Positions 16,823-26,230 of a stretch of 64,000 nucleotides of DNA are shown piece by piece. Where the stretch lies: sequence record PQ464590.1; one strand, 5' to 3'. A program made the translations under genes and the position numbers. A model generated the notes under the pieces. It searched no databases, was not told the DNA's origin, and saw only the letters and a program-made list of their open reading frames with translations. Every line of letters begins with the position of its first letter. Positions within the stretch are counted from its first letter, which is position 1.

Positions 16823-19030
16823 ATGGCAGACAATATCCCAGGAACTAATCCTAACACTCCGAACGCATTCGCCGCGAAACCAAGCGACGAACGCCCAAAG
16901 AACACAAATGCGAGTAGTACTGAAGACTTGTCAATGAAGGTTGATTGGAATCTTAATGACATTGTTCTACCTTATGAAAACATATTACTAAAATATCATA
17001 ATGTTACATGGAATTTTTCCTTATACAGTATGACCCCTGAAGACTATACACTTTTTTGGGATGAACCAAACCAAGAAATTACAAAATACATCATTGCACA
17101 GTCTGGTGTAACTGGACGTTATTCTATTTCGAATGTAAAAATGAATAGTGTTGCACCTGCAACTCCTGGAAGTACTACAAACTTCTCTTTTAATAGCTGT
17201 GTAGTTGAAATAGCTGAAGATAGTGGTATGAGTCTTTGGGATGAAATAGTTGTTATGTCAAACCGTCTAGGATATCGTAAATTTATGGACGTCCCAATGG
17301 TTCTTGAATTAAACTTCATTGGATTTGATCAAAATACTGGTGTCCCACGTACTATTAGTCATTTGAACAGAAAATGGAAAGTTCGTATTAATAATATTAA
17401 AGGTCAGGCAACACAAAGTGGTGGTACAATAAAATATGTTATGGATCTAGTTGCTGACCGTACCGCATTAGTTGATAACAAAGATTGGACCATGTTAGAG
17501 CCGTATTCTTGTAATGCTGCAACATTTGGTGAATTTTGTCGTAGTATTGAGCAGAAACTTAATTCACAAGCAGAAGAACAATATGGTTATTTGACATTTA
17601 AGTACCCAGCGTTTGCTAATGGTGAGTTTTTCAGGATTCATGTCCCCGAAGAGCTTGCAGCTATGCGAATTAACTACGATGCAAAGCAAAGTGCTGAAAC
17701 TGGCCCTACTCCATCTGGTGCTGATGGTGCAAAGAGGTTCTCTTGGGCAGCAAGTGTACCATTCTCTCGTGCAATTGATGATGTACTGGACTGTTGTGTT
17801 CCAATAAATGAAAGTACTGACCGTAAACGTCAATTTGTTAACATCATTCCAGTTCGTAGATATGTTGGTTATGACAACATTCGTAATACTGCTGCATATA
17901 AGAATGAATTTTACATAATTAAGTACAAAATTGGTGATGTAACTAGTGAAGATGACCTAGATGATCAAAAATTCAATATGGAATACTTCTTTGAGAACGC
18001 ATATAAGTTCGCAGATCCTAATGACGGTACACCAAAGCTTAATATTAAGCGGTATGATTATCAATTCACTGGTTTAAACCAAGAAATATTGGATCTGGAC
18101 TTAAAATTTGACCAAGGATTCAACTTAGCAGTTACAAGGAACCCTACTACCCAGATAGATTTTGATAACCGTCTGGGTACACACGCCGCAGAGTACTTAG
18201 TACTGGACGATGTTCGGTACGACACGTCAATGAGTACTAACATAACTGCTATGTGGGCTAAAAAGACCCAACTAGAAACAGAAGAACGTAACGGTACTAG
18301 AGTACTCACCGAAGAAGAACAGCAATTCATTCGTGATGCTAATGCAGTCGCTAGTGAAAAGCAGGGTGTTTCTGTAGAAAGTGAAGAAGAGCAAGGTCGT
18401 TTTGATATGCACGTTCGAGAAAGTGAGTACATTGAAGATTACCGTAACGAATATGACTTGACTTATGCGGGAACCGAGGGAATTGGTTCAGACAACGGAC
18501 AAGTTAAGACCATCCCACTTGAGCCAACAAACATTGTAACCGCAACGAGCGGCTCTGTCAATGATAACAGTTCAGATTATGAGATGGACCGCCGACTAAT
18601 GCGTGACAACTACTATAACCGTGCATTTTTGGCACGTATAGATATGAAAGTAGTTGGAGATCCATATTGGTTGGGTTGGAGTGATTATTCGTATCTTCAG
18701 TACCTAGATCGTGCTGCAAATGACCTAGAATTGGATGTAGAAGATGATGATATACATTTTGCTAACTACATAAACAGTGAAGCGTATTTTCTTTTGAACC
18801 TAAAACCAGTTGTGGCTATTAGTAATAATACCGGTATTCTAGAAATTGACACACCTACTATCTTTACTCAAACAATTTACCGAGTGAACCGTGTAATTAG
18901 TGAGTTTGATAGTAATGGTAAATTTACACAACAATTACAAGGTGGTCTAGTCGTCCGTTCTCTCCGTAGACGTGACCAAATCACTGATTATGACGAAGGA
19001 ACAGCAAGTAATGGCAACCAACAACAGTAA
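16823..19030 (+). CDS. Baseplate hub protein (gp27-like)
   Basis: Large protein immediately before the spike gene; C-terminal V.GDPYW and Y.V..V.S.F..G.FTQ.L motifs typical of hub proteins. Confidence 0.65.
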   Translation: MADNIPGTNPNTPNAFAAKPSDERPKNTNASSTEDLSMKVDWNLNDIVLPYENILLKYHNVTWNFSLYSMTPEDYTLFWDEPNQEITKYIIAQSGVTGRYSISNVKMNSVAPATPGSTTNFSFNSCVVEIAEDSGMSLWDEIVVMSNRLGYRKFMDVPMVLELNFIGFDQNTGVPRTISHLNRKWKVRINNIKGQATQSGGTIKYVMDLVADRTALVDNKDWTMLEPYSCNAATFGEFCRSIEQKLNSQAEEQYGYLTFKYPAFANGEFFRIHVPEELAAMRINYDAKQSAETGPTPSGADGAKRFSWAASVPFSRAIDDVLDCCVPINESTDRKRQFVNIIPVRRYVGYDNIRNTAAYKNEFYIIKYKIGDVTSEDDLDDQKFNMEYFFENAYKFADPNDGTPKLNIKRYDYQFTGLNQEILDLDLKFDQGFNLAVTRNPTTQIDFDNRLGTHAAEYLVLDDVRYDTSMSTNITAMWAKKTQLETEERNGTRVLTEEEQQFIRDANAVASEKQGVSVESEEEQGRFDMHVRESEYIEDYRNEYDLTYAGTEGIGSDNGQVKTIPLEPTNIVTATSGSVNDNSSDYEMDRRLMRDNYYNRAFLARIDMKVVGDPYWLGWSDYSYLQYLDRAANDLELDVEDDDIHFANYINSEAYFLLNLKPVVAISNNTGILEIDTPTIFTQTIYRVNRVISEFDSNGKFTQQLQGGLVVRSLRRRDQITDYDEGTASNGNQQQ

Positions 19031-21698
19031 ACAGTTCGCACAGAACCAGTTAGCCCGTTTCGATCCTAATTTCATGCAATTGGGTATTGTAATGGACAAC
19101 CGTGACCCAACACATTCAGGTAAATTGAAAGTTTGGATAGAAGGTTCACAAAGTGATCGTGATTCAAAAGACGGGTGGATTGAAGTTAAGTACTTAGCAC
19201 CATTCGCAGGTAGAACCCCTGGTGTTCCAGGGGCTAACTCATACAGCCAGTACCCAAAAGGGTATGGTTTTTGGGCTGTACCACCGGATGTTGGATGTAC
19301 AGTAGCTGTTATGTTTAAACAGGGACGTATATTTGATGGATATTGGTTCGCATGTCTGTATGATGACCGTATGAACACGATGGTTCCTGGTATGGCTACT
19401 CAAGTACTACCAAATAGTGGTTATGATATGCCAGTTCCCGTAACAGACTATGATCGTAACACGATACAAACTACATTGGAAGAAAAATATCCAAACGTAC
19501 CAATGATTGAAGGACTAAAGAAACAAAACTTGCTATATGATGAAGAAAAAGGTTGTGCTAACCGTTCAAGTACTCGTCAAACTACCAGTACTGTTTATGG
19601 GATGACTTCACCTCGTGGTAACAGCTTTATCTTGGATGATGGCTATACGGAAGCCGAAATGAATGCACCAACATGGGATCAAGACCCAGATGGTTATCAG
19701 GATACGCAATTTAACAACCCTGTTAACGATACAGTGGTTGGTGGACGTAAAAATGAAGGGATTGTCCTACGTACTCGCAGTGGTGCTCAAATCTTATTGA
19801 GTGAAGCTACTGGAGATGTGCTAATCATAAACCGTGATGGAACTGCACGTATTGAATTTAGCGGCGATGGTGATATTAATATGCACTGTGACAAAAACAT
19901 TAACATCCGTGCCGGATTGGACATTAATATTAACGCTGGGGGTTCTGTTAACTACGATGTAGGACAAGATATGAACTGGCACGTTAATGGTAATACCAAG
20001 TTGAATCTGGTTGGGTCATTGGATACTAAAGTAGGTTCACAAGTAGTAATAAATGCAGGTGCGGATCTTCGTTTAGTTACTGCCGCATCACTTAGATTGC
20101 AAAGTGGTTCAAGTACTAACGTTACTGCTGGTTCTGATATATCAATGAAAGGTACTACTGCTAACGTAATAGGTACTTCATCAGTGAATATTAGTGGTGG
20201 TGGTCAAAACCTAACTGTTGACTCTTCAGGAAACACTGGTACAGCAGAGTTCATGGCTCCGAACTTCCGAACTCCATCTACTGGTTTAAATGAACACATT
20301 CACATGATTTCTTCATGGTCGAACGCATCTAATCACGGAAGTTCAGTTGAGCCTCCTATTCAGGGTGGTGGAAGTGGTAGTGCTAACTCTCCTATCGCAC
20401 CAGAACCTGCGAATGATGTTGAAGTACAAACAGTTGCATTACAAGAAACCGAAGCTGTTCAGTACATTAACAGTACTGCCGAAGTAGGTGAAGTTCTAAC
20501 TCAAGATTTAACTCAAGATCCTGCCGAAATGACCTACCCACAAACATTTGAAGGACTTCAGATGTTAATGCCAGTTAATGGTATTATTCGTGAATACGGT
20601 TATTGGGGTAAGAATGTACCAACTGAAAGAGGAACTACTGCTAACCGTAATGGATGGATTATTCAAGCTAAAGGTGATGTTGTAGCTCCAGACGAAGGTA
20701 TGATTACCTTAATTGGTAACGATGGAGTTGTTATAACTCATAGAAGTGGATACAAATCTGTATTTTATGGATTAACTGTAGGTTCTATATACGACAAAGA
20801 TGTAGTTGATAAAGGTTCTAAGATTGGTGTAGCTAATGGTAATCTAATAATGGAAGTTCGAACAAAAACTGCTAATTTGTTTGGATTTAGCGGTACTGTT
20901 GATCCTGGATTGTTCTACACTACTGTAACTGGTCAAGGAGCAGACGCAGCAGGTAAGACACTAATACTTGGTGAAGTATCTAATAAAAATGCACCTCCTA
21001 TATCACAAAGTTCATCATCAATAGATAGTGATGAGCTTGTGGTTATTAAGAAGGTTCGAGGAATTGGTACTGGTTATTCTCAACGTGGTTCTAAACGTAT
21101 TCCACGAAGAACAACCGCTCGCTCAAGAGCAACAAGTAATTACCAAGATTCTGCACCACGTGTTGATTTGAGTAAGATTGATAAAACACAGATTGGTTGG
21201 AAAGTACAGGCAAGTGATAAACAATTAGTAGATGACTGTAAAGAGTTTGAAGGTTCAATTGCATATCAGACTCGCGTTGGTACATTCCGCAATGGTAAAT
21301 TCTGGCAATATCCAGATCCAACACCGAACGTTGGTAACGATATCGGATATGGACACTTAATTACTCGTCAAGAGCAAATGAGTGGGAAATACGATAATGG
21401 TTTAACCCCAGATGAAGCAGACCAACTTCTAATTCGAGATTTACAATCAGCCGTTGATGGTGCTTACCGTATATACGCACAATATGGTCTACATACTCCT
21501 TATATGGCACAAGTCGTATTAGTTGAAATGTGTTTCCAAATGGGTGCAGGGGCTGTTCGTAAATTTACAGGAATGTTGAATGCATTAAAAGCAGGAAACT
21601 ATAAGTTAGCCGCTCATGAAATGCGTGACAGTACTTGGTACAGACAAACACGCAGACGTGCTGAAGAAATGGCTCGCAGAATTGAGGCTTGTGCATAA
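19011..21698 (+). CDS. gp5: Central spike, gp5/VgrG-like, with C-terminal M23-like and lysozyme domains
   Basis: OB-fold motifs (V..N.DP...G.LKV, G.G.WAVPP.VG..V.V.F), beta-helix repeats, HIH tip, degenerate M23 domain, and GH24 lysozyme (E..., IGYGH, EMCFQMG, S.WY.QT..RA). Start at ATG 19011 after GAAGGA. Confidence 0.85.
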   Translation: MATNNSKQFAQNQLARFDPNFMQLGIVMDNRDPTHSGKLKVWIEGSQSDRDSKDGWIEVKYLAPFAGRTPGVPGANSYSQYPKGYGFWAVPPDVGCTVAVMFKQGRIFDGYWFACLYDDRMNTMVPGMATQVLPNSGYDMPVPVTDYDRNTIQTTLEEKYPNVPMIEGLKKQNLLYDEEKGCANRSSTRQTTSTVYGMTSPRGNSFILDDGYTEAEMNAPTWDQDPDGYQDTQFNNPVNDTVVGGRKNEGIVLRTRSGAQILLSEATGDVLIINRDGTARIEFSGDGDINMHCDKNINIRAGLDININAGGSVNYDVGQDMNWHVNGNTKLNLVGSLDTKVGSQVVINAGADLRLVTAASLRLQSGSSTNVTAGSDISMKGTTANVIGTSSVNISGGGQNLTVDSSGNTGTAEFMAPNFRTPSTGLNEHIHMISSWSNASNHGSSVEPPIQGGGSGSANSPIAPEPANDVEVQTVALQETEAVQYINSTAEVGEVLTQDLTQDPAEMTYPQTFEGLQMLMPVNGIIREYGYWGKNVPTERGTTANRNGWIIQAKGDVVAPDEGMITLIGNDGVVITHRSGYKSVFYGLTVGSIYDKDVVDKGSKIGVANGNLIMEVRTKTANLFGFSGTVDPGLFYTTVTGQGADAAGKTLILGEVSNKNAPPISQSSSSIDSDELVVIKKVRGIGTGYSQRGSKRIPRRTTARSRATSNYQDSAPRVDLSKIDKTQIGWKVQASDKQLVDDCKEFEGSIAYQTRVGTFRNGKFWQYPDPTPNVGNDIGYGHLITRQEQMSGKYDNGLTPDEADQLLIRDLQSAVDGAYRIYAQYGLHTPYMAQVVLVEMCFQMGAGAVRKFTGMLNALKAGNYKLAAHEMRDSTWYRQTRRRAEEMARRIEACA

Positions 21699-21731
21699 AT
21701 ATTTTTACCACTAAATAAAAGAGGGAAAAAT

Positions 21732-22220
21732 ATGAGCAATTGGGTTTTACAAAATAACGATTCAGTATTCATGAAAGATGTTAAAGAACATGAAGGGACT
21801 ATCGCTTATCAAACTAAAAAAGGATATTTCAAAAATGGTCGTTTTGTAGTTTATAAAGATAGTCTCGGTTTACCTACAATCGGATACGGTCATCTAGTAC
21901 TAAAAGGTGAATCTTTTGCAGCAGGTCTAACCGAGGCAGAAGCTGATGCTCTATTAGTAAAAGATGCTACCGTAGCATTTAATGATGCTCGTTCAATTTA
22001 TGAACAATACGGTATGAAAGGACCAGTTGAACTTCAACGTGTTCTTTGGCAGATGTGTTTCCAAATGGGAAAATCCAGAGTTCTAGGTTTCCGTAAAGCA
22101 TTAACTGCAATGGGTGCTGGAGATTATAAAGAAGCTGCTCGCCAAATGCGTGACAGTACCTGGTATAAACAAACTACATCTCGTGCTGAACTTATGGCGA
22201 AGATCGTAGAAGGACTATAA
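21732..22220 (+). CDS. T4-type lysozyme (GH24), probable endolysin
   Basis: Motifs HEG, D-x5-T (DSLGLPT), TIGYGH, MCFQMG and S.WY.QT..RA. Confidence 0.9.
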   Translation: MSNWVLQNNDSVFMKDVKEHEGTIAYQTKKGYFKNGRFVVYKDSLGLPTIGYGHLVLKGESFAAGLTEAEADALLVKDATVAFNDARSIYEQYGMKGPVELQRVLWQMCFQMGKSRVLGFRKALTAMGAGDYKEAARQMRDSTWYKQTTSRAELMAKIVEGL

Positions 22221-22229
22221 GGATAAAAT

Positions 22230-22622
22230 ATGGCAGTAATATACAAGGGTTTTGCTTCTCCTGTTGTTGGAAGAACTGAAGTACTGTATGATGTTGAATT
22301 AGTTAAGCGTGACTTACTTAATCACTTCCGTACTCGCAAAGGTGAACGTGCAATGGATGCCGAATATGGTTTCATTGGATGGGATTTACTTTTTGAATTA
22401 GATGTCTATAGCAACAAACAACTTCTTGAAGCGGACGCTCGTAGAATTGTTGCCACTGACCCTAGAGTAGCATTACAGTACATCGAAGTTTTAAGTACTG
22501 ACAGAGGCTTCAGGGTTAACATATTCTTAGAGTACGTTGAACTGGATACAGAAGAACAACTTTTCATTGAATTTGATAGATTAGCGAACGAAAAGATGTC
22601 AATCATTTCTAACGCATCATAA
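22230..22622 (+). CDS. gp25: Baseplate wedge protein gp25-like
   Basis: D.ELVK.DLLNHF.TRKGER.M...YG and DPRV motifs. Confidence 0.88.
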   Translation: MAVIYKGFASPVVGRTEVLYDVELVKRDLLNHFRTRKGERAMDAEYGFIGWDLLFELDVYSNKQLLEADARRIVATDPRVALQYIEVLSTDRGFRVNIFLEYVELDTEEQLFIEFDRLANEKMSIISNAS

Positions 22623-22625
22623 CAT

Positions 22626-22652
22626 AAGACTCCTTCGGGAGTCTTTCTTTTT
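22626..22652 (+). terminator. Intrinsic terminator
   Basis: AAGACTCC-ttcg-GGAGTCTT followed by a T-rich tract; UUCG loop. Confidence 0.8.
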
Positions 22653-22693
22653 GGATAAATAATTCTATATTAATACGTGAGGTATATTAGAAT

Positions 22694-25600
22694 ATGGCAC
22701 AGCAAAAAAGACAATCAAATCTATATGCGGCGGAAGATTGGAAACAAGTATATGAAAGTTTCTACAAAATTAACCTTCAAGCATACGATTTCGATACCAT
22801 CCGTGAGAGCATGGTAAAATATCTACGTATCCAGTACCCAGATCAGTTCAATGACTGGATCGAAAACGACGAATTTATTTTCATTCTAGATACTATCAGT
22901 ATGCTAGGACAGAACTTAGCTTTCCGTATGGATATGAACACCCGTGAAAACTTCCTTGACACTGCTGAAAGACGTGCTTCAGTACTGAAACTTGCGAAGA
23001 TGATTTCTTATTCACCTAAGCGTGCTTATCCAGGGCGTGCATTGGCAAAAATTACAGAAGTTAAAACGAACCAGGATGTTCTTAATAGCTTCAACCAATC
23101 ACTTAAAGGACGTTCTATTCAGTGGAACGACCCAGCAGACCCAAATTGGTACGAGAACTTCATCCTAGTAATGAATAGCTCATTTATCAGTACTAACCAG
23201 TTTGGTAATCCTGTTAAGAAAAGTATGATTAATGGTATCAATACACAATTGTACAGGATGAACACCCTACCAATGAGTGCACCGAATATGCCATTTACTG
23301 CGAACATTAATGGTGAATCTGTTACTTTTGAAGTGGTGAATCCTGATATTAGTAGTGTTGGTGTGGAAGAACGTATGCCAGAACCACAAGATCAGAAATA
23401 CATGATTTATTCTAATGATGGTAATGGTTTTAGCTCTCCAGATACTGGTTTCTTTGTGTATTTCAAACAAGGATCACTATCATATAGTGATTATCAGTAC
23501 GATGTTCGTATCGAAAACCGCCTACAAGATATTGATGTTGATAATATCAACCAAACTGATGTTTGGGTACAGGAAATTAACAATGACGGTATTGTACGTA
23601 CTAAATGGACTCAAGTTCCATCTATGGAAAGTATTGCATATAACTCAGTGGATCGCCAAAAGAAAACAATTTACTCCGTGAGTACTCGTGACCGCGATCA
23701 AATCACTATTAAGTATCCAGATGCCCGTAGTGGTGTTGTTCCTCGTGGTACATATCGTGTATGGTACAGAGTTAGTAATGGTAAAACCTATACCATAAAA
23801 ACGAGCAGCATTCAAAACAAAAGTATTAAGTATGTGTACCGTACTAAGAGTCAATCGATTTATGAAAACAGCACACTTGATATTAAGTTCACTTTACAGC
23901 GTGAATCTACGTTAGCACAAAGTGCAGAAACCATTGAGCAAATTAAAGACCGTGCACCGCAAATGTACTATACTCAAGACCGTTTTGTAACTGGTGAAGA
24001 CTATAACATCGCTCCGTTGATGCTAGGAAACGCAGTAATTAAAGGAAAAGCACTTAATCGTATATACAGCGGTATGTCTCGTTTCATCGATATAAATGAT
24101 CCTACCGGAAAATATCAAAATACTGATGTTTTCAGTGATGATGGTGCACTTTATAAGGAAAAAGTTAATCCATCTAACTCAGTACTGTTACCTACAACTA
24201 AAAGCAATGATAGTATTGTTATTGACAGTATTCAACCACTAATTGGTGAGAACTCTGTTATTCAACATTACCAAAATTGGGAACCAAACACAGTAACCGT
24301 TACATTCAACCAAATATGGACACCAGAACACAACTCTGGATATAGTAATAACACATATGGTAGATTTTTACAGAGTGGTGTTGCTGTTACGACATATGAA
24401 GTCGGTACATTGCTTAAAATGCAAAGTTCAGCAGGTAATACCATGTGGACTTCTATAGTATCAGTACTATCAGATGGTTATTATGTTCTTTCTTCTGGTG
24501 TTGATGCATCGATGACAATTTCAACGTATATTAAACCGTATCGTGTTAAGTTTAGTACATCAGAAGTTCAGACTATTGCATCTATGTTGGACCGTAAAAC
24601 AAACTTTGTAATAATTTACGATGCTGATAGCAGCACTTGGATTCCAATAGAGGGTTCTTACAGTACTGACACTATTCTATACCAAGGAGTGAACTATCCA
24701 ATCCTGATTAATGTACAATATACTGCTGAATCATGGGAGTTTATAAGCACTGGTCTAGAATACATATTTGTTGGGGGAAGTAAGGTTAAATTCTACTTCG
24801 TTAGTTCGAAAAAGATATCAGATATCAGTACTGGTACTGTTCAAGCTGATAAAATTTCCGTTCTTAACAACAACCCATCATATAATAGCAACCTAGGATA
24901 CAGTTCGAACATTAATTTCCAAATTTTCGACACTATCCAGCAGGAAAACGGTTATTTGGATGGTTCGCGAGTTGTAATCACTAGTCAAAACACCGATAGT
25001 AACGGTATTCCATTAGAACCTAACATGTATGAGGATTTAGTTCCAACTTTAACGGGTGAAAACTTGAGAAAATATGGTGGCGTGTTGGTATTCCGTGAAA
25101 ATGATGATTTTACGATTGATGTTCTTGATGTAGATTCACGTTTTACCTTGTTTGACAGCACTTGGACTTACACATTAGCAAATGCTAACGCTGAAGTCAA
25201 TGCATATAGGAAAAAAGAGTTCATTCGGAACGTTGAGATTCGTAGTAATAACATGAGTGACTTGTACAATAAAGGTTCTGGTTTCGTTATAGGGTTCCAA
25301 TACGATGGACAGTACTATTTTGTCGAACAAACTGTTGGTAATAACAATGAACGCTTAGATATGTTCCTTTCCAATATGACATTACCTGATGATACTATGA
25401 CGATGACCCCAGAACTTGCTTTCTATCGTGCTATCATTAATGAAGGTGAAGATTCAGTTCAAGAAAACCGTAAACTATCCTATTATGGATATAAGAACGT
25501 ATCGAACGAATATAGTGTCAAAACTGGTGCACGTACTGGTGTTAACTTCCAATGGAAACACTACGCTCCAGATGATAATAGAATAGACCCTAGCCGTACT

Positions 25601-26155
25601 AACTTAATTGATATGTACGTACTAACTACTAACTATTATGATGCTGTAAACGTATGGATTAAAAATGGTGCTGTAGGTGAATTCCCTAAACCACCGACAT
25701 CTGTTGAATTGCAAGACTTATTCACTGATGTAGAGAGTAAGATGGTAATTAGTGACAGTGCAATCTGGCACAGTGCTGAATTCTTAAAACTATTCGGTCA
25801 AAGTGCTGATGAGGACTATCGTGCTGATTTAAAAATCGTAAAACTACCAAATACTGCATTAAGTAATGATGAAATTCGTCAGAAGGTTGTCGAATTAACC
25901 AGAACTTACTTCGATGTTCAAAACTGGGACTTTGGCGAGACATTTTACTTCACTGAATTGAGTACATATATTCAAACTAGCATGGCAACTGACGTTGCAG
26001 CCGTTGTTATTGTTCCACAGAACCCTAACAGCAAGTTTGGTGAATTGTTTGAGATTCCATGTAGACCTGATCAACTTTTCATTAGTACTGCAACTGTAGA
26101 TAACGTACAGATTGTTAGTTCTCTAGCGAAAAGTAATATCAATATAGGTAACTAA
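22694..26155 (+). CDS. gp6: Baseplate wedge protein gp6-like (1153 aa)
   Basis: N-terminal DFD.IR.SM..YL, E..EF..ILD, ENFLDTA.RR.SV.KLA.MI.Y.PKR and E.I..IK.RAP..YYTQ.R.VT.EDY motifs. Confidence 0.85.
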   Translation: MAQQKRQSNLYAAEDWKQVYESFYKINLQAYDFDTIRESMVKYLRIQYPDQFNDWIENDEFIFILDTISMLGQNLAFRMDMNTRENFLDTAERRASVLKLAKMISYSPKRAYPGRALAKITEVKTNQDVLNSFNQSLKGRSIQWNDPADPNWYENFILVMNSSFISTNQFGNPVKKSMINGINTQLYRMNTLPMSAPNMPFTANINGESVTFEVVNPDISSVGVEERMPEPQDQKYMIYSNDGNGFSSPDTGFFVYFKQGSLSYSDYQYDVRIENRLQDIDVDNINQTDVWVQEINNDGIVRTKWTQVPSMESIAYNSVDRQKKTIYSVSTRDRDQITIKYPDARSGVVPRGTYRVWYRVSNGKTYTIKTSSIQNKSIKYVYRTKSQSIYENSTLDIKFTLQRESTLAQSAETIEQIKDRAPQMYYTQDRFVTGEDYNIAPLMLGNAVIKGKALNRIYSGMSRFIDINDPTGKYQNTDVFSDDGALYKEKVNPSNSVLLPTTKSNDSIVIDSIQPLIGENSVIQHYQNWEPNTVTVTFNQIWTPEHNSGYSNNTYGRFLQSGVAVTTYEVGTLLKMQSSAGNTMWTSIVSVLSDGYYVLSSGVDASMTISTYIKPYRVKFSTSEVQTIASMLDRKTNFVIIYDADSSTWIPIEGSYSTDTILYQGVNYPILINVQYTAESWEFISTGLEYIFVGGSKVKFYFVSSKKISDISTGTVQADKISVLNNNPSYNSNLGYSSNINFQIFDTIQQENGYLDGSRVVITSQNTDSNGIPLEPNMYEDLVPTLTGENLRKYGGVLVFRENDDFTIDVLDVDSRFTLFDSTWTYTLANANAEVNAYRKKEFIRNVEIRSNNMSDLYNKGSGFVIGFQYDGQYYFVEQTVGNNNERLDMFLSNMTLPDDTMTMTPELAFYRAIINEGEDSVQENRKLSYYGYKNVSNEYSVKTGARTGVNFQWKHYAPDDNRIDPSRTNLIDMYVLTTNYYDAVNVWIKNGAVGEFPKPPTSVELQDLFTDVESKMVISDSAIWHSAEFLKLFGQSADEDYRADLKIVKLPNTALSNDEIRQKVVELTRTYFDVQNWDFGETFYFTELSTYIQTSMATDVAAVVIVPQNPNSKFGELFEIPCRPDQLFISTATVDNVQIVSSLAKSNINIGN

Positions 26156-26158
26156 TAC

Positions 26159-26188
26159 AAGGCGACTTCGGTCGCCTTTATTTCTTTT
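26159..26188 (+). terminator. Intrinsic terminator
   Basis: AAGGCGAC-ttcg-GTCGCCTT followed by a T-rich tract. Confidence 0.8.
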
Positions 26189-26195
26189 ATAAATA
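26188..26195 (+). promoter_or_regulatory. Late promoter TATAAATA
   Basis: Exact T4 late consensus upstream of the giant structural gene. Confidence 0.65.
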
Positions 26196-26230
26196 ATACA
26201 AATGAAGAAATGAATTTTATGGAGAATAAA

